Shown: positions 52,405 through 63,375, counted from the stretch's first letter. The stretch is 64,000 nt of DNA from Alphaproteobacteria bacterium (GCA_047635695.1 JBLILN010000001.1:46559-110558); one strand, 5' to 3'. Notes: generated from the sequence alone by a model not told the origin. Program-made: numbers and translations.

Positions 52405-53592
52405 TTAGCTTGCAGCAAAACCTGAAGACCATGCCCACTGGAAGTTATAACCACCAAGCCAACCTGTCACGTCAACTACCTCACCGATGAAGTGTAGGTT
52501 TTCTACCCTTTTAGCCATCAACGTTTTACTGTCAAGCTCTTTGGTTGAAACACCACCAAGGGTTACTTCGGCCTTGCGGTAGCCTTCTGTGCCGTTTGGT
52601 TTTACAACGTAATGGCTAAAGTAGCTTTCAATGTCGCTTATGTATTTGTCGCTTACTTGACCGAGAGGTTTGTTCTTTAAATCACCCCATTCAAATAGCC
52701 GTGCCACAAAACGTTTTGCGAGAATTTCATAGAGAACAGTTTTAAGTTCTGTCTTTGGGTTCTCAATACGCTTGGCTGAAATGAAGGCATGCCAGTCCAT
52801 GTCGGGCAACATGTTAATTTTAATTTCTTGTCCTGGTTTCCAGTAGGACGATATTTGTAATATAGCAGGGCCACTGACACCACGGTGGGTAATAAGAACA
52901 TTTTCTCTAAAACTACGTTTGCCACAACTCACGTCGGCGTCAATACTAATACCGCTTAAACCTTCATAGCGTTCAAGGTCTTTGGTGGAAAATGTAAAGG
53001 GCACAAGGGCAGGGGTTAGGTCTGTTACCTCTAGGCCAAACTGTTCAGCTATTTTATGGCCAAAGTTTGTCGCCCCCATTTTGGGGATAGATAAACCACC
53101 TGTAGCAATAACCAATTTGTTTGCTTTAAATGTCCCTTTACTACTAGAAACGGTAAACGTGCCGTCGTCGTCTTTACTTACTTTATCAACCGTGGTGTTT
53201 AAATTAATTTTTACTTTGGCGTTGTCGCATTCTTTTATCAACATATCGACAATCTGCTGCGCTGACTCATCGCAAAACTGTTGCCCTAATTTCTTCTCGT
53301 GGAATTTAATACCGTGTTTACTCACAAGCGCAATGAAGTCGTCTTGTGTATAACGGCCAAAGGCACTTTTACAAAAATGTTTGTTATTCGATATATATCG
53401 GTCAGCGCCTGCGCCTGTATTGGTAAAGTTGCAACGACCACCGCCAGAAATAAGAATTTTCTTGCCGATCTTTTCGCTGTGGTCAAGCACGATAACCTTT
53501 TGATTTTTTTTGCCAGATTCGATGGCACACATAAGCCCTGCACCACCAGCACCTATAATAAGCGTATCGCATAATGTAAATTCATTTGTCAT
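52405..53592 (-). CDS. HI0933-family NAD(P)/FAD-dependent flavoprotein
   Basis: TLIIGAGGAGLMCA Rossmann motif plus GGGRCNFTN, typical of the HI0933/BaiN family. The start is probably ATG 53592 (MTNEF) rather than the track start 53697. Confidence 0.7.
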   Translation of the reverse strand: MTNEFTLCDTLIIGAGGAGLMCAIESGKKNQKVIVLDHSEKIGKKILISGGGRCNFTNTGAGADRYISNNKHFCKSAFGRYTQDDFIALVSKHGIKFHEKKLGQQFCDESAQQIVDMLIKECDNAKVKINLNTTVDKVSKDDDGTFTVSSSKGTFKANKLVIATGGLSIPKMGATNFGHKIAEQFGLEVTDLTPALVPFTFSTKDLERYEGLSGISIDADVSCGKRSFRENVLITHRGVSGPAILQISSYWKPGQEIKINMLPDMDWHAFISAKRIENPKTELKTVLYEILAKRFVARLFEWGDLKNKPLGQVSDKYISDIESYFSHYVVKPNGTEGYRKAEVTLGGVSTKELDSKTLMAKRVENLHFIGEVVDVTGWLGGYNFQWAWSSGFAAS

Positions 53593-53696
53593 AGGCATAA
53601 AATAGTCATTTTTAAGTAAATTACAAGGGTATAGACAAATTCTTTTTAAAAGGAGACAATATAACGGCTTAATAATACAAAAAAAGGAACAGTCCA

Positions 53697-54881
53697 TTGA
53701 AGCAAGACCCTATCGTTATTGTGAATTATGCCAGAACACCAATGGGAGCCTTTGATGGCGCATTGGCTACAGTAAAATCAACCAAGTTAGGGAGCGTGGC
53801 TATTGAAGCAGCTCTGGAACGTAGCGGTATAGAAAAAACAGATGTCGATGAAGTGATTATGGGTGCTGTTTTATCTGCAGGGCTTGGACAAGCACCTGCA
53901 AGGCAAGCGGCTATAGGTGCTGGTGTTCCTTTAAGTGCATCATGCACAACCATTAATAAAATGTGTGGTAGCGGCATGAAAGCTATTATGATGGCGCATG
54001 ACCAAATTATGGCTGGCACAAGCAGTGTTATGGTAGCGGGTGGTATGGAAAGTATGACAAATGCGCCGTATCTTTTACCAAAAGCACGCAGTGGTTTGCG
54101 TATGGGACACGCAGAAGTTAAAGACCACATGTTCCTCGACGGCCTTGAAGACGCTTATGATCAAGGTAAATTGATGGGTTTTTTTGCCGACGCCACCGCC
54201 AAAAAATACGGTTTCACCCGTGAAGATCAGGACGCCTTTGCGATAGAATCAGTCAAACGTGCCCAAAAAGCCATTGAAGAAGGTTCTTTCAAAAAAGAAA
54301 TTGCGTCAGTTATTATTGAGAACCGTAAAGGTACAACTGTGGTTGGCACCGATGAGTCCCCACTTAAAGCACGCCTCGAAAAAATACCAACATTACGCCC
54401 TGCTTTTGCTAAAGACGGCACAGTAACAGCCGCCAATGCCAGTTCTATCAGTGACGGTGCGGCCGCTGTTGTGATGATGCGCCAAAGCGAAGCTGAAAAA
54501 CGTGGTTTAAAACCCGTTGCAAAAATTGTGGCACATAGCAGCCATGCCCATGAACCGGCTTGGTTTACAACAGCCCCTGTCGGCGCGATAGAAAAATTAT
54601 TTAAACAAACAAGTTGGACAGACGACGACGTTGACCTTTACGAAATTAACGAAGCCTTTGCCGTGGTAACCATGGCCGCTATGAAAGACCTTAACTTACC
54701 GCACAGCAAGGTGAATATACACGGTGGTGCTTGTGCCTTGGGTCACCCTATTGGTGCTTCAGGTGCACGTATTGTTACAACGCTTATTGCCGCGCTCGAA
54801 AAAGTAAATGGCAAAAAAGGTATTGCCAGTCTTTGTATTGGTGGTGGTGAAGCTGTGGCAGTGGCTGTGGAGGTTCTTTAA
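53697..54881 (+). CDS. acetyl-CoA C-acyltransferase (thiolase)
   Basis: 394 aa with an active-site Cys region (NKMCGSGM) and a C-terminal GGGEAVAVAV. TTG start with an AAGGA SD. Confidence 0.85.
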   Translation: MKQDPIVIVNYARTPMGAFDGALATVKSTKLGSVAIEAALERSGIEKTDVDEVIMGAVLSAGLGQAPARQAAIGAGVPLSASCTTINKMCGSGMKAIMMAHDQIMAGTSSVMVAGGMESMTNAPYLLPKARSGLRMGHAEVKDHMFLDGLEDAYDQGKLMGFFADATAKKYGFTREDQDAFAIESVKRAQKAIEEGSFKKEIASVIIENRKGTTVVGTDESPLKARLEKIPTLRPAFAKDGTVTAANASSISDGAAAVVMMRQSEAEKRGLKPVAKIVAHSSHAHEPAWFTTAPVGAIEKLFKQTSWTDDDVDLYEINEAFAVVTMAAMKDLNLPHSKVNIHGGACALGHPIGASGARIVTTLIAALEKVNGKKGIASLCIGGGEAVAVAVEVL

Positions 54882-56005
54882 TGTTTACAGAAGAACATAA
54901 CTTAATCGCCGATATGGTTGCCCAACTTTGTATAGACGAAGTTAAGCCGCGCACCGAAGCGCGTGACAAAGCAAAAGAATATCCAAAGGATGAATTAGAC
55001 GCTTTATTCGCCCATGGCCTGATGGCGATGACAGTACCAGAAGAGTTTGGCGGTTCAGCGGCTGATTATAAGTCACAAGGCTTAGCGATAGAAAATATCG
55101 CAAGTGCAAACGGTGGTCTTTCAACCATTGTTTGTGTCCAAGCGATGGTTTGTAGCGTTTTAATGAGCTGTGCAAATGCCGCACAAAAAGAAAAATATTT
55201 AACCAAGCTTACAAGTGAGTGGGTGGGTGCTTTTGCTTTAACAGAAGCAGGTGCAGGGTCCGACGCTTCAGCCATTGCAACAACAGCTGTTAAACAAGGT
55301 GATCATTATATTCTTAATGGCACAAAACAATTTATTACGTCTGGTAGAAATGGTCAATTGGCGATTGTTTTTGCCGTCACCGATAAATCGGCTGGTAAAA
55401 AAGGCCTCAGTGCTTTTATTGTCGAAACAGACACAAAGGGCTATAGCGCCCCAACGATTGAAGATAAAATGGGGCAGCACTGTAGCGACACCGCACAGCT
55501 TGTTTTTGAAGACATGAAGGTACCAGCAGAAAACTTACTAGGAAACGAGGGGGACGGCTATAAAATAGCCTTATCAAACCTTGAAAATGGCCGTTTAAGT
55601 ATTGCCGCACAAAGCTTAGGCCTTGCAAGGGCTGCTTATATGGAAGCATTGGATTATGCCAGAGAACGTAAAACTTTCGGTAAAGAAATTATTCAGCACC
55701 AAGCTGTTGGCTTTAAGCTTGCTGAAATGAAAACGAAGTTAAAAGCAGCTGGCCATATGGTTTATGACGCCGCCCATTTAAAAGATAACGGTAAACCTTG
55801 TTTAGAAGCCGCCTGTATGGCCAAGCTTTATGCGTCAGAAGTCGCCGAACAAATAGCCAACGACGCCATACAAATTCATGGTGGTTACGGCTACTTAAAT
55901 GACTTCCCCATTCAGCGCATTTACCGTGACGTGCGTGTTTGTTCTATTTATGAAGGCACAAGCGACATTCAAAAAATGATTATCCTAAAAGAGATATTAA
56001 AATGA
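54881..56005 (+). CDS. acyl-CoA dehydrogenase
   Basis: 374 aa ACAD with GGAGG SD. It overlaps prpB (ATGA). Confidence 0.85.
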   Translation: MFTEEHNLIADMVAQLCIDEVKPRTEARDKAKEYPKDELDALFAHGLMAMTVPEEFGGSAADYKSQGLAIENIASANGGLSTIVCVQAMVCSVLMSCANAAQKEKYLTKLTSEWVGAFALTEAGAGSDASAIATTAVKQGDHYILNGTKQFITSGRNGQLAIVFAVTDKSAGKKGLSAFIVETDTKGYSAPTIEDKMGQHCSDTAQLVFEDMKVPAENLLGNEGDGYKIALSNLENGRLSIAAQSLGLARAAYMEALDYARERKTFGKEIIQHQAVGFKLAEMKTKLKAAGHMVYDAAHLKDNGKPCLEAACMAKLYASEVAEQIANDAIQIHGGYGYLNDFPIQRIYRDVRVCSIYEGTSDIQKMIILKEILK

Positions 56006-56919
56006 TCCATAAAACCCCAGGCGCTCAGCTTAAATATGCGATAAAACAAGAAAGCCCCTTGCAGTTATTGGGTGTTTTAAACCCTTTTATGGCCATGCAA
56101 CTGGAACATAATGGCTTTAAAGCAGCTTACTTAAGCGGTGCGGGTCTGGCTTGTTTTAATTACGGTATTCCAGATGTAGGCGTGGTTGAATTAGACGAAT
56201 TTGCCTACCACATTGGCTGTATCACAAGGTTGAGCAACATTCCTCTATTAGCAGATGCGGATACAGGTTTTGGTGACCCCGAAAAAACGGTGCAGACTTA
56301 TATCGAAAAAGGTGCCGCAGGTTTACATATTGAAGACCAAGGCGAAGACAAACGCTGTGGCCACCTTGACGGTAAGTCAATTGTCTCGAAGGCTGAAATG
56401 GTTCAGCGTATAAAAGCCGCTGTTAAAGGTAAAACATCAGGCAATAAAGTAGACGAAGACTTTGTTATTATGGCGCGCACAGACGCCCTAGCTGTGGAAG
56501 GTTTTAACGCCGCTGTTGAACGTATTATATCTTACATTGAGGCAGGTGCTGACGCTGTTTTTGCCGAAGCTATGCCCGATTTAGAACAGTATGACCGTAT
56601 CCGTGGTGCCATTGGCCCCGATATCCCGCTTTTGGCAAATGTCACTGAATACGGTAAGATAGACCTATACACAGCCGATCAACTAAAAGCACACAAGGTT
56701 GATATTGTCTTATACCCTGTGTCTCTAGCACGTGGTATGCACGGGCTTGTAAATAACTGGATGACTGAAATTAAACAGACAGGCACAACAAGGGGTATGG
56801 TTGATAGGGGCGAGTTGCGCCAACGCAGTGAATATAATGCCATATTAAATTACGACCCAAAGGTCGATAATCGTGACACAATATTAGAACGTTTACGTCA
56901 ATTAAAGAGAGAGAAATAG
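56002..56919 (+). CDS. prpB: 2-methylisocitrate lyase
   Basis: 305 aa in the PEP-mutase/ICL superfamily. KRCGH is the methylisocitrate lyase catalytic motif. Confidence 0.85.
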   Translation: MIHKTPGAQLKYAIKQESPLQLLGVLNPFMAMQLEHNGFKAAYLSGAGLACFNYGIPDVGVVELDEFAYHIGCITRLSNIPLLADADTGFGDPEKTVQTYIEKGAAGLHIEDQGEDKRCGHLDGKSIVSKAEMVQRIKAAVKGKTSGNKVDEDFVIMARTDALAVEGFNAAVERIISYIEAGADAVFAEAMPDLEQYDRIRGAIGPDIPLLANVTEYGKIDLYTADQLKAHKVDIVLYPVSLARGMHGLVNNWMTEIKQTGTTRGMVDRGELRQRSEYNAILNYDPKVDNRDTILERLRQLKREK

Positions 56920-56920
56920 C

Positions 56921-58051
56921 ATGACAAAAAAAGTAGGTGGCCTCGCAGGTATTAGTGCCGGAGAAACAAAAATATCATCCGCAGGTGGGGCGCATAACTT
57001 GCGTTACCGTGGTTACAGTATTTATGACCTTTGTGAACATGCTTGTTTTGAAGAAGTCGCACACTTATTGGTACATGATCATCTGCCAAGTGCAGATGAA
57101 CTTACGGCTTATAAAGGCCGCCTTTGCGCCATGCGTGAGCTACCTGTTCAACTTAAAGCAGTGCTGGAACAAATTCCATTTGACGCCCACCCAATGGATG
57201 TTATGCGTACGGCTGTTTCCTTTCTCGGTAATATTGAACCTGAGGGTGATGGCAATGACCAGTTGGAAGTAACCGACCGTTTGATAGCCACTTCTCCGGC
57301 CATTTTAAACTATTGGTGGCACTTTAGCCGTGACGGTAAACGTACCCCATGTGTGACCGACACCGACAGCGTTGCCGAACATTTTCTCACGCTTTTACAT
57401 GGTAAAAAGCCTTCTGCCTTGCATAAGGAAATGATGGAAAAATCACTTATTTTATATGCAGAACACGAATTTAACGCCTCTACATTTACAGGGCGCGTCA
57501 TTGCGGCGACATTGTCCGATATGCACAGTGCTGTAACGGGTGCTATTGGCGCTTTGCGTGGGCCCCTTCATGGAGGTGCAAACGAAATGGCCATGGAACT
57601 GATTGCCAAATTTGAAACACCAGAAGACGCTAAAAAAGGCGTGCTTAAAATGCTGACAAACAAAGAACTTATTATGGGTTTTGGCCACCGTGTTTACACA
57701 GAAGCCGACCCACGTAACCGCGTGATAAAAGTTTGTTCAAAGGCCTTGGCACAAGACGCAGATGACATGAACCTTTATAATATTTCAGAAGCCATTGAAA
57801 AAGTTTTGTGGGACGAAAAACACATGTTCCCGAATCTCGATTTTTATAGCGCTTCCGCTTACCATTTTATGGGCATACCTACAGGCATGTTTACACCTAT
57901 TTTTGTCATGAGCCGTATTACAGGCTGGGCTGCACATATATTTGAACAGCGTGCCAATAACAAACTTATTCGCCCCGCAGCCGACTATACTGGCCCCGCT
58001 GACCAAAACTATCTACCGATAGAAAAACGTCATGGTAAAGCTGCTACATAG
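56921..58051 (+). CDS. prpC: 2-methylcitrate synthase
   Basis: 376 aa citrate-synthase fold (GFGHRVY). Placed between prpB and prpD. Confidence 0.85.
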   Translation: MTKKVGGLAGISAGETKISSAGGAHNLRYRGYSIYDLCEHACFEEVAHLLVHDHLPSADELTAYKGRLCAMRELPVQLKAVLEQIPFDAHPMDVMRTAVSFLGNIEPEGDGNDQLEVTDRLIATSPAILNYWWHFSRDGKRTPCVTDTDSVAEHFLTLLHGKKPSALHKEMMEKSLILYAEHEFNASTFTGRVIAATLSDMHSAVTGAIGALRGPLHGGANEMAMELIAKFETPEDAKKGVLKMLTNKELIMGFGHRVYTEADPRNRVIKVCSKALAQDADDMNLYNISEAIEKVLWDEKHMFPNLDFYSASAYHFMGIPTGMFTPIFVMSRITGWAAHIFEQRANNKLIRPAADYTGPADQNYLPIEKRHGKAAT

Positions 58052-58151
58052 TCGTTAGGGTAACGCTTTGAAAATTTTAGCTACGTGTTTGTAGCTGTCA
58101 AATTTTCATGTGCGCCTATGCATTAAAATTATATAATAAGGGTAAAAAATA

Positions 58152-59591
58152 ATGAGCACTGTCGAAAAAAATGTTCGCCAAGGTTACGATAAAGTTATTT
58201 ATGATATTGCCGACTATGTCATGACCTATGAAGGTTATTCAGAAGAAGCCTTAGAAACGGCGCAGTATTGTCTTATGGATAGTTTAGCTTGTGCTATGTT
58301 GGCGCTTAAATTCCCTGCTTGTCTTAAGCATTTAGGTCCTGTGGTTGAAGGTACAGTTGTGCCAAACGCCACACCTATTCCAGGTACGCACTATAGCCTC
58401 GACCCTATCAAGGCAGCTTTTGACATTGGCTGTATGATCCGCTGGCTTGACTATAACGACACGTGGCTTGCCGCTGAATGGGGTCACCCGAGTGATAACT
58501 TAGGCGCTATATTAGCCGTGGCTGATTATATCAGTCGTCAAAATGTGAAAAAGGGCAAAGACGCTCTCACCATGCAAACAGTGCTTGAATGTATGGTTAA
58601 AGCACATGAAATTCAAGGCTGTATTGCGCTTGAAAACAGCTTTAATAAAGTTGGTTTAGACCATGTGTTACTGGTTAAAATTGCGTCAACAGCTGTAGCG
58701 GCAAAGTTAATGGGTGCCGATAAAGAAACTGTGAAGTCTGCCCTTTCTCAAGCCTTTGTAGATGGGCAGTCACTGCGCACTTACCGCCATGCCCCTAATG
58801 CAGGCCCTAGAAAAAGTTGGGCAGCGGGTGACGCGACGTCACGTGCTGTGCGTTTGGCCATGGTTGCTATGTCGGGTGAAACGGGCTATACAAGCGCACT
58901 TTCAGCACCAACATGGGGTTTTTATGATGTGCTCTTTAAAGGCCACCCTTTTGAATTTCAACGCCCTTATGGTTGTTATGTGATGGAGAATGTCTTGTTT
59001 AAAATTTCATTCCCCGCAGAATTTCACGCGCAAACAGCGGTGGAATGTGCGGTGACTTTACATGAGTCAATCAAAGATCGCATCGACGACATAGAAAAAA
59101 TTGACCTCATCACCCATGAATCGGCTATCCGTATTATTTCAAAAGAAGGTGCATTGCATAACCCTGCTGACCGTGATCATTGCCTGCAATATATGGTGGC
59201 TTGTGGTTTGTTGTTTGGAGACTTAGAGGCAAAGCATTATGAAGATGACGTGGCGTCAAACCCACAAATTGATGCCTTGTGCCTTAAAATGAATGTGAGC
59301 GAAAATAAACAATTTAGTACCGATTACCATGACCCTGAAAAGCGATCTATCGCGAATGCTATGCAAATTACATTTAAAGATGGAAGTCAGACTGACCTTA
59401 TAACGGTGGAATACCCTATTGGCCATAAACGCAGGCGTGCAGAAGGTATGCCCGTGCTTGTCAGTAAGTTTAAAAAAGCAATTTATGGGCGTTTTGCTAG
59501 CAATAAGGCCAATAATATTATTGAGGCAATGTCGGCAGATAAATTCCCACAAATGGCTGTGCCAGTGTTTATGGATATGTGGAAAATTTAA
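58152..59591 (+). CDS. prpD: 2-methylcitrate dehydratase
   Basis: 479 aa in the MmgE/PrpD family. Confidence 0.85.
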   Translation: MSTVEKNVRQGYDKVIYDIADYVMTYEGYSEEALETAQYCLMDSLACAMLALKFPACLKHLGPVVEGTVVPNATPIPGTHYSLDPIKAAFDIGCMIRWLDYNDTWLAAEWGHPSDNLGAILAVADYISRQNVKKGKDALTMQTVLECMVKAHEIQGCIALENSFNKVGLDHVLLVKIASTAVAAKLMGADKETVKSALSQAFVDGQSLRTYRHAPNAGPRKSWAAGDATSRAVRLAMVAMSGETGYTSALSAPTWGFYDVLFKGHPFEFQRPYGCYVMENVLFKISFPAEFHAQTAVECAVTLHESIKDRIDDIEKIDLITHESAIRIISKEGALHNPADRDHCLQYMVACGLLFGDLEAKHYEDDVASNPQIDALCLKMNVSENKQFSTDYHDPEKRSIANAMQITFKDGSQTDLITVEYPIGHKRRRAEGMPVLVSKFKKAIYGRFASNKANNIIEAMSADKFPQMAVPVFMDMWKI

Positions 59592-59600
59592 TATAATTTT

Positions 59601-59765
59601 TTAGGCGGCCTGTTTAATGCTTTTATGTTTTTCAATAAACTCAAGCATTTCTTCATAGGTAAGGCCTGTATGCTTTTTTATGTAAAAACATGGTTTTTTA
59701 AGCTCTTCAATGAGGATGGTATAGGTACCATCAGATGCATATAACACTTGAAAATTTAAATCCAT
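59601..59765 (-). CDS. HicB-like (UPF0150) antitoxin-fold small protein, orphan
   Basis: 54 aa. MDLNFQVLYASDGTYTILIEELKKPCFYIKKHTGLTYEEMLEFIEKH fits the HicB N-domain pattern (DG.Y.v..P.LPGC...G.T.EEA). No hicA is nearby. Confidence 0.3.
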   Translation of the reverse strand: MDLNFQVLYASDGTYTILIEELKKPCFYIKKHTGLTYEEMLEFIEKHKSIKQAA

Positions 59766-59952
59766 AAAATTCTTTTACCTATCTGTAATGTTTTAATTAA
59801 ATAAGCCCTATACTTATACCTATATCTATATATTGGTATTATGGAACTATATTTCAAGAATATATTCAAATTTTTATGAAAAAAAATGTCGTGCCCAAAA
59901 ATAATTTGAGACACATGGTTGAAGTAGGTGGCGGAGAAGGTTTTAGAATAAG

Positions 59953-60029
59953 TGGTAGGGCGAGAGGGACTTGAACCCCCGACCAAAGCATTATGAGTGC
60001 TCTGCTCTAACCAACTGAGCTACCGCCCC
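59953..60029 (-). tRNA. tRNA-Met (anticodon CAU; elongator-type, could alternatively be lysidine tRNA-Ile2)
   Basis: 77-nt cloverleaf on the minus strand: GGGGCGG-UA-GCUC-AGUUGGUUA-GAGC-A-GAGCA-CUCAUAA-UGCUU-UGGUC-GGGGG-UUCAAGU-CCCUC-UCGCCCU-A-CCA, with an encoded CCA. Confidence 0.85.
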
Positions 60030-60311
60030 ACTTGATGAAGAGTTATATATCATACTTAGATGTCGGTCAAGCGGGGTTATGCGCTTTATTGTTATTTGAA
60101 TCGTTCCGTAAGCAATTGAGGTTGTTGATTACTGACGAATTATATATCTCAGCACTATTTTTGACGTAAAAAAGTGATAGTGACAATAAAGCCCTGTTTA
60201 TTTGTTTTATATTTTTTTAATCCATGCCTTTTTACGATAAAAACGTGACGTCAGGGTATTTTTTTGCCAAAATAGAAGCGATATAAAACTTTTAAAAGGC
60301 GCTATAGGAAA

Positions 60312-61718
60312 ATGACTGAAGTATTTCGCACTGAATATGACACCATGGGTACAGTTGAAGTGCCGTCGCACCGTTATTGGGGTGCTCAAACACAAAGATC
60401 ACTACAAAATTTTGAGATTGGTGACGAAAAGCTACCAAACGAACTTATTCGTTCCTTTGCTATTTTGAAAAAGGCAGCTGCAACCGTTAACGCTGATTTA
60501 GGGCTTATTGATCGAGATATTTCAATGAATATCGCCAAAGCTGCTGAAGAAGTTATTTCAGGGCACTTGAACGATCATTTCCCACTTGTTGTTTGGCAAA
60601 CAGGTAGCGGCACGCAAACAAATATGAACGTTAATGAAGTTATTGCCAACCGCGCGATTGAAATTATGGGCGGCGCTTTGGGGTCCAAAACACCTGTGCA
60701 CCCGAATGACCATGTCAATTATGGACAGTCTTCAAACGATACATTTCCAGCGGCTATGTATATTGCAGCTTTAGAGTCAGTTGAAGGGGCTGTTTTACCA
60801 GCCTTAGAAAAAATGCACGACGCTCTTGAAGCTAAATCGGAATCTTTCCGTTACATTATTAAAATTGGTCGTACACATTTACAAGACGCAACACCGTTAA
60901 CACTTGGGCAGGAATTTTCTGGATATGCGTCACAAATGAGCCATTCCATCCGCCGTGTGAAGGACTGTATGGATGGCTTGCGTGAACTTGCTATTGGCGG
61001 CACAGCCGTGGGTACAGGTTTAAACACACACCCAGAATTTGGTGAACGTGTGGTGGCCGAAATTTCACGCCTGACAAACCGTGACTATGTTAAAGGTGAA
61101 AACTACTTTGAAGGCCTAGCTGCACATGATGCAATTGTTTATGCCAGCGGTGCTTTAAAAACAGTTGCCACGTCATGTATGAAAATTGCCAACGACGTGC
61201 GCTTACTGGCTTCGGGCCCAAGGTGCGGTTTAGGTGAACTTATTTTACCTTCAAACGAACCGGGCAGCTCTATTATGCCTGGTAAAGTAAACCCAACACA
61301 GTGCGAAGCTTTAACTATGGTTTGCGCGCAAGTGATGGGTAATGACACAGCTATTACCATTGGTGGTATGAATGGCCATATGGAATTAAACGTTTTTAAA
61401 CCTGTGATGATCTTTAATTTCTTACAGTCCTGTCGTTTACTTTCAGACTCCTGTCAAAGCTTCACAGATAAATGCTTGGTTGGTATAGAACCTAATCATG
61501 AACGTATTGAACGTAATTTAAATGAATCATTGATGTTGGTGACAGCATTAAATCCTCATATTGGTTACGATAAGTCGGCTCAGGTTGCGAAAAAAGCGCA
61601 CGAAGACGGCATTACATTAAAAGAATCAGCCATTGCCCTTGAATTTCTAACGGCAGACGAGTTTGATAAACTTGTCCGCCCAGAAGAAATGATAGGACCA
61701 AAAGCAACGGCTAAATAA
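60312..61718 (+). CDS. fumC: fumarate hydratase class II
   Basis: 468 aa with [15 protein letters not shown], the aspartase/fumarase signature. Confidence 0.9.
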   Translation: MTEVFRTEYDTMGTVEVPSHRYWGAQTQRSLQNFEIGDEKLPNELIRSFAILKKAAATVNADLGLIDRDISMNIAKAAEEVISGHLNDHFPLVVWQTGSGTQTNMNVNEVIANRAIEIMGGALGSKTPVHPNDHVNYGQSSNDTFPAAMYIAALESVEGAVLPALEKMHDALEAKSESFRYIIKIGRTHLQDATPLTLGQEFSGYASQMSHSIRRVKDCMDGLRELAIGGTAVGTGLNTHPEFGERVVAEISRLTNRDYVKGENYFEGLAAHDAIVYASGALKTVATSCMKIANDVRLLASGPRCGLGELILPSNEPGSSIMPGKVNPTQCEALTMVCAQVMGNDTAITIGGMNGHMELNVFKPVMIFNFLQSCRLLSDSCQSFTDKCLVGIEPNHERIERNLNESLMLVTALNPHIGYDKSAQVAKKAHEDGITLKESAIALEFLTADEFDKLVRPEEMIGPKATAK

Positions 61719-61734
61719 AACTTAAGGGGAAAAA

Positions 61735-62808
61735 ATGCGAGGCTTACATATTTTTGTAGCGTTTATAATGGCATCGATATTGATGTCGGGCGCTTACTGT
61801 GGTGTGTGGAAGTACACCATGTCATATAGCCTTGAAAACCTCCCAGCTATTTTAAATAACACAATGCCAGGGCAGGTGAAGTACACTAATACAGAGACGA
61901 ATTATCACCCGTTTAAGCCTAAGGTCACACTAAAAGACACATCTATTGTGGTGAGTGACCCTAAAACAGGCGGTACAGCGGTACTTAACCTGGGAGATGT
62001 TGTTTTAAATATTACACCTTTTGGCTCTAAGGATATTGTTATACAAGTACCAAAAAAAATAACCATGGTAACAACTTATCAAGGACGCAGTAATGACTAC
62101 CGCATTTCATTAATAGAGCCGACCTTAGAACTTAAAGGCAAAGATAAAAACTTTGAAGCTATTTTGTCAGTTAGCGGTATGGTTGTTAAGGGGCGTACAA
62201 AAGGCTATTTTTCCAATCTCATTAAAATGGGTTATAGCTATATTTCTAAAAATGAACAGTCCGATGAATTTGGCCTTATGATGACTAATTTAGACCTTAC
62301 GTCTATACCTTTATTTAAAAAAGCACCCGTCTTTAAAAGTCTTTCACTTATATGGCATCCAAAACTTGAAAATACGTTCCCACTTGGTTACGCCTTGGCA
62401 GGTGCAGGTTCAAAAGATAAAGTCATTTTTGACACGATGTTGATGGATGTTTTTAAAATTTACGCAGGTAATAGTAAAGTTCTCCTTACAGATGCGCGCC
62501 TTGCTTATAATGGTATTTGGTATGCATTTAACGGTGACGTGGCTTTAAATGAAAACCTTGTTTTAAAAGGGCAGGGCGCATTATCGTCTAATAAATTTGG
62601 TGATATGCTTGGCAATATTGAAAATGTGATGGACGGTTTCCCTATTGCATTGTCACGTATGATGGAAAGAATTGGCGGTAAAGAAAATAAAACACAAAGC
62701 ATCAGTGTGGGTGTTTATAAAGACGTATTAACGATTAACGGAGCACCCGTTGGTATTATGCCGACAGTGCCAGAACTTATACATTTACACGGTAGGGGAC
62801 AACGCTAA
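61735..62808 (+). CDS. hypothetical exported protein (possibly DUF2125-like)
   Basis: 357 aa with a signal/TM N-terminus. SD AAGGGGA. Confidence 0.5.
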   Translation: MRGLHIFVAFIMASILMSGAYCGVWKYTMSYSLENLPAILNNTMPGQVKYTNTETNYHPFKPKVTLKDTSIVVSDPKTGGTAVLNLGDVVLNITPFGSKDIVIQVPKKITMVTTYQGRSNDYRISLIEPTLELKGKDKNFEAILSVSGMVVKGRTKGYFSNLIKMGYSYISKNEQSDEFGLMMTNLDLTSIPLFKKAPVFKSLSLIWHPKLENTFPLGYALAGAGSKDKVIFDTMLMDVFKIYAGNSKVLLTDARLAYNGIWYAFNGDVALNENLVLKGQGALSSNKFGDMLGNIENVMDGFPIALSRMMERIGGKENKTQSISVGVYKDVLTINGAPVGIMPTVPELIHLHGRGQR

Positions 62809-62811
62809 ATT

Positions 62812-63375
62812 ATGAAACCAATATGGACACCATCACCCAACTTCTCAAAACGAGAACAGGAAATTAAATACATTGTTTTACACGGCACATGGATGCAGAG
62901 CACACAAGAGGCTTTAGACCGCCTATGCGATAAAGAAGCAGGTGTAAGCTGTCACTATTTAATTGATGAAAAAGGCAAACTGTTTCAACTGGTAAAAGAC
63001 AGCTGCGTTGCTTGGCACGCAGGCATTAGCGCATGGAAAGACGACGTCAGCCTAAACCAATATAGCCTTGGTATCGAACTTTCAAACCCGGGTGACGGCT
63101 CACCTTATACAGAAGCCCAATATAAATCACTCACCATTTTGCTTAAAGTACTTTTAAGTATTCATAAGCTAGAAGGTAACGCGGTACTTGCACATAGCGA
63201 CATTGCACCCGACCGCAAAAATGACCCTGGTGCGGCCTTTGACTGGCAACGTTTATACGAAGCGGGTGCTGCAGCACCACTGATAGAAGACGCCAACCCA
63301 AGCTACGTACAATTGAAATTTGCTGGTTATATTGGCAAAGAAGACATTGTGCAAAAGGCTTACGCCTTGCGATAA
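62812..63375 (+). CDS. N-acetylmuramoyl-L-alanine amidase, AmpD-like (amidase_2/PGRP)
   Basis: YIVLHGT...CHYLIDEKG...AWHAGIS...AHSDIAPDRKNDPG are the amidase_2 zinc-site motifs. Confidence 0.75.
   Translation: MKPIWTPSPNFSKREQEIKYIVLHGTWMQSTQEALDRLCDKEAGVSCHYLIDEKGKLFQLVKDSCVAWHAGISAWKDDVSLNQYSLGIELSNPGDGSPYTEAQYKSLTILLKVLLSIHKLEGNAVLAHSDIAPDRKNDPGAAFDWQRLYEAGAAAPLIEDANPSYVQLKFAGYIGKEDIVQKAYALR

Noticed and set aside
59756-59986. 76-aa minus-strand ORF
   Set aside because: It overlaps the tRNA-Met gene, and its translation is derived from tRNA sequence.
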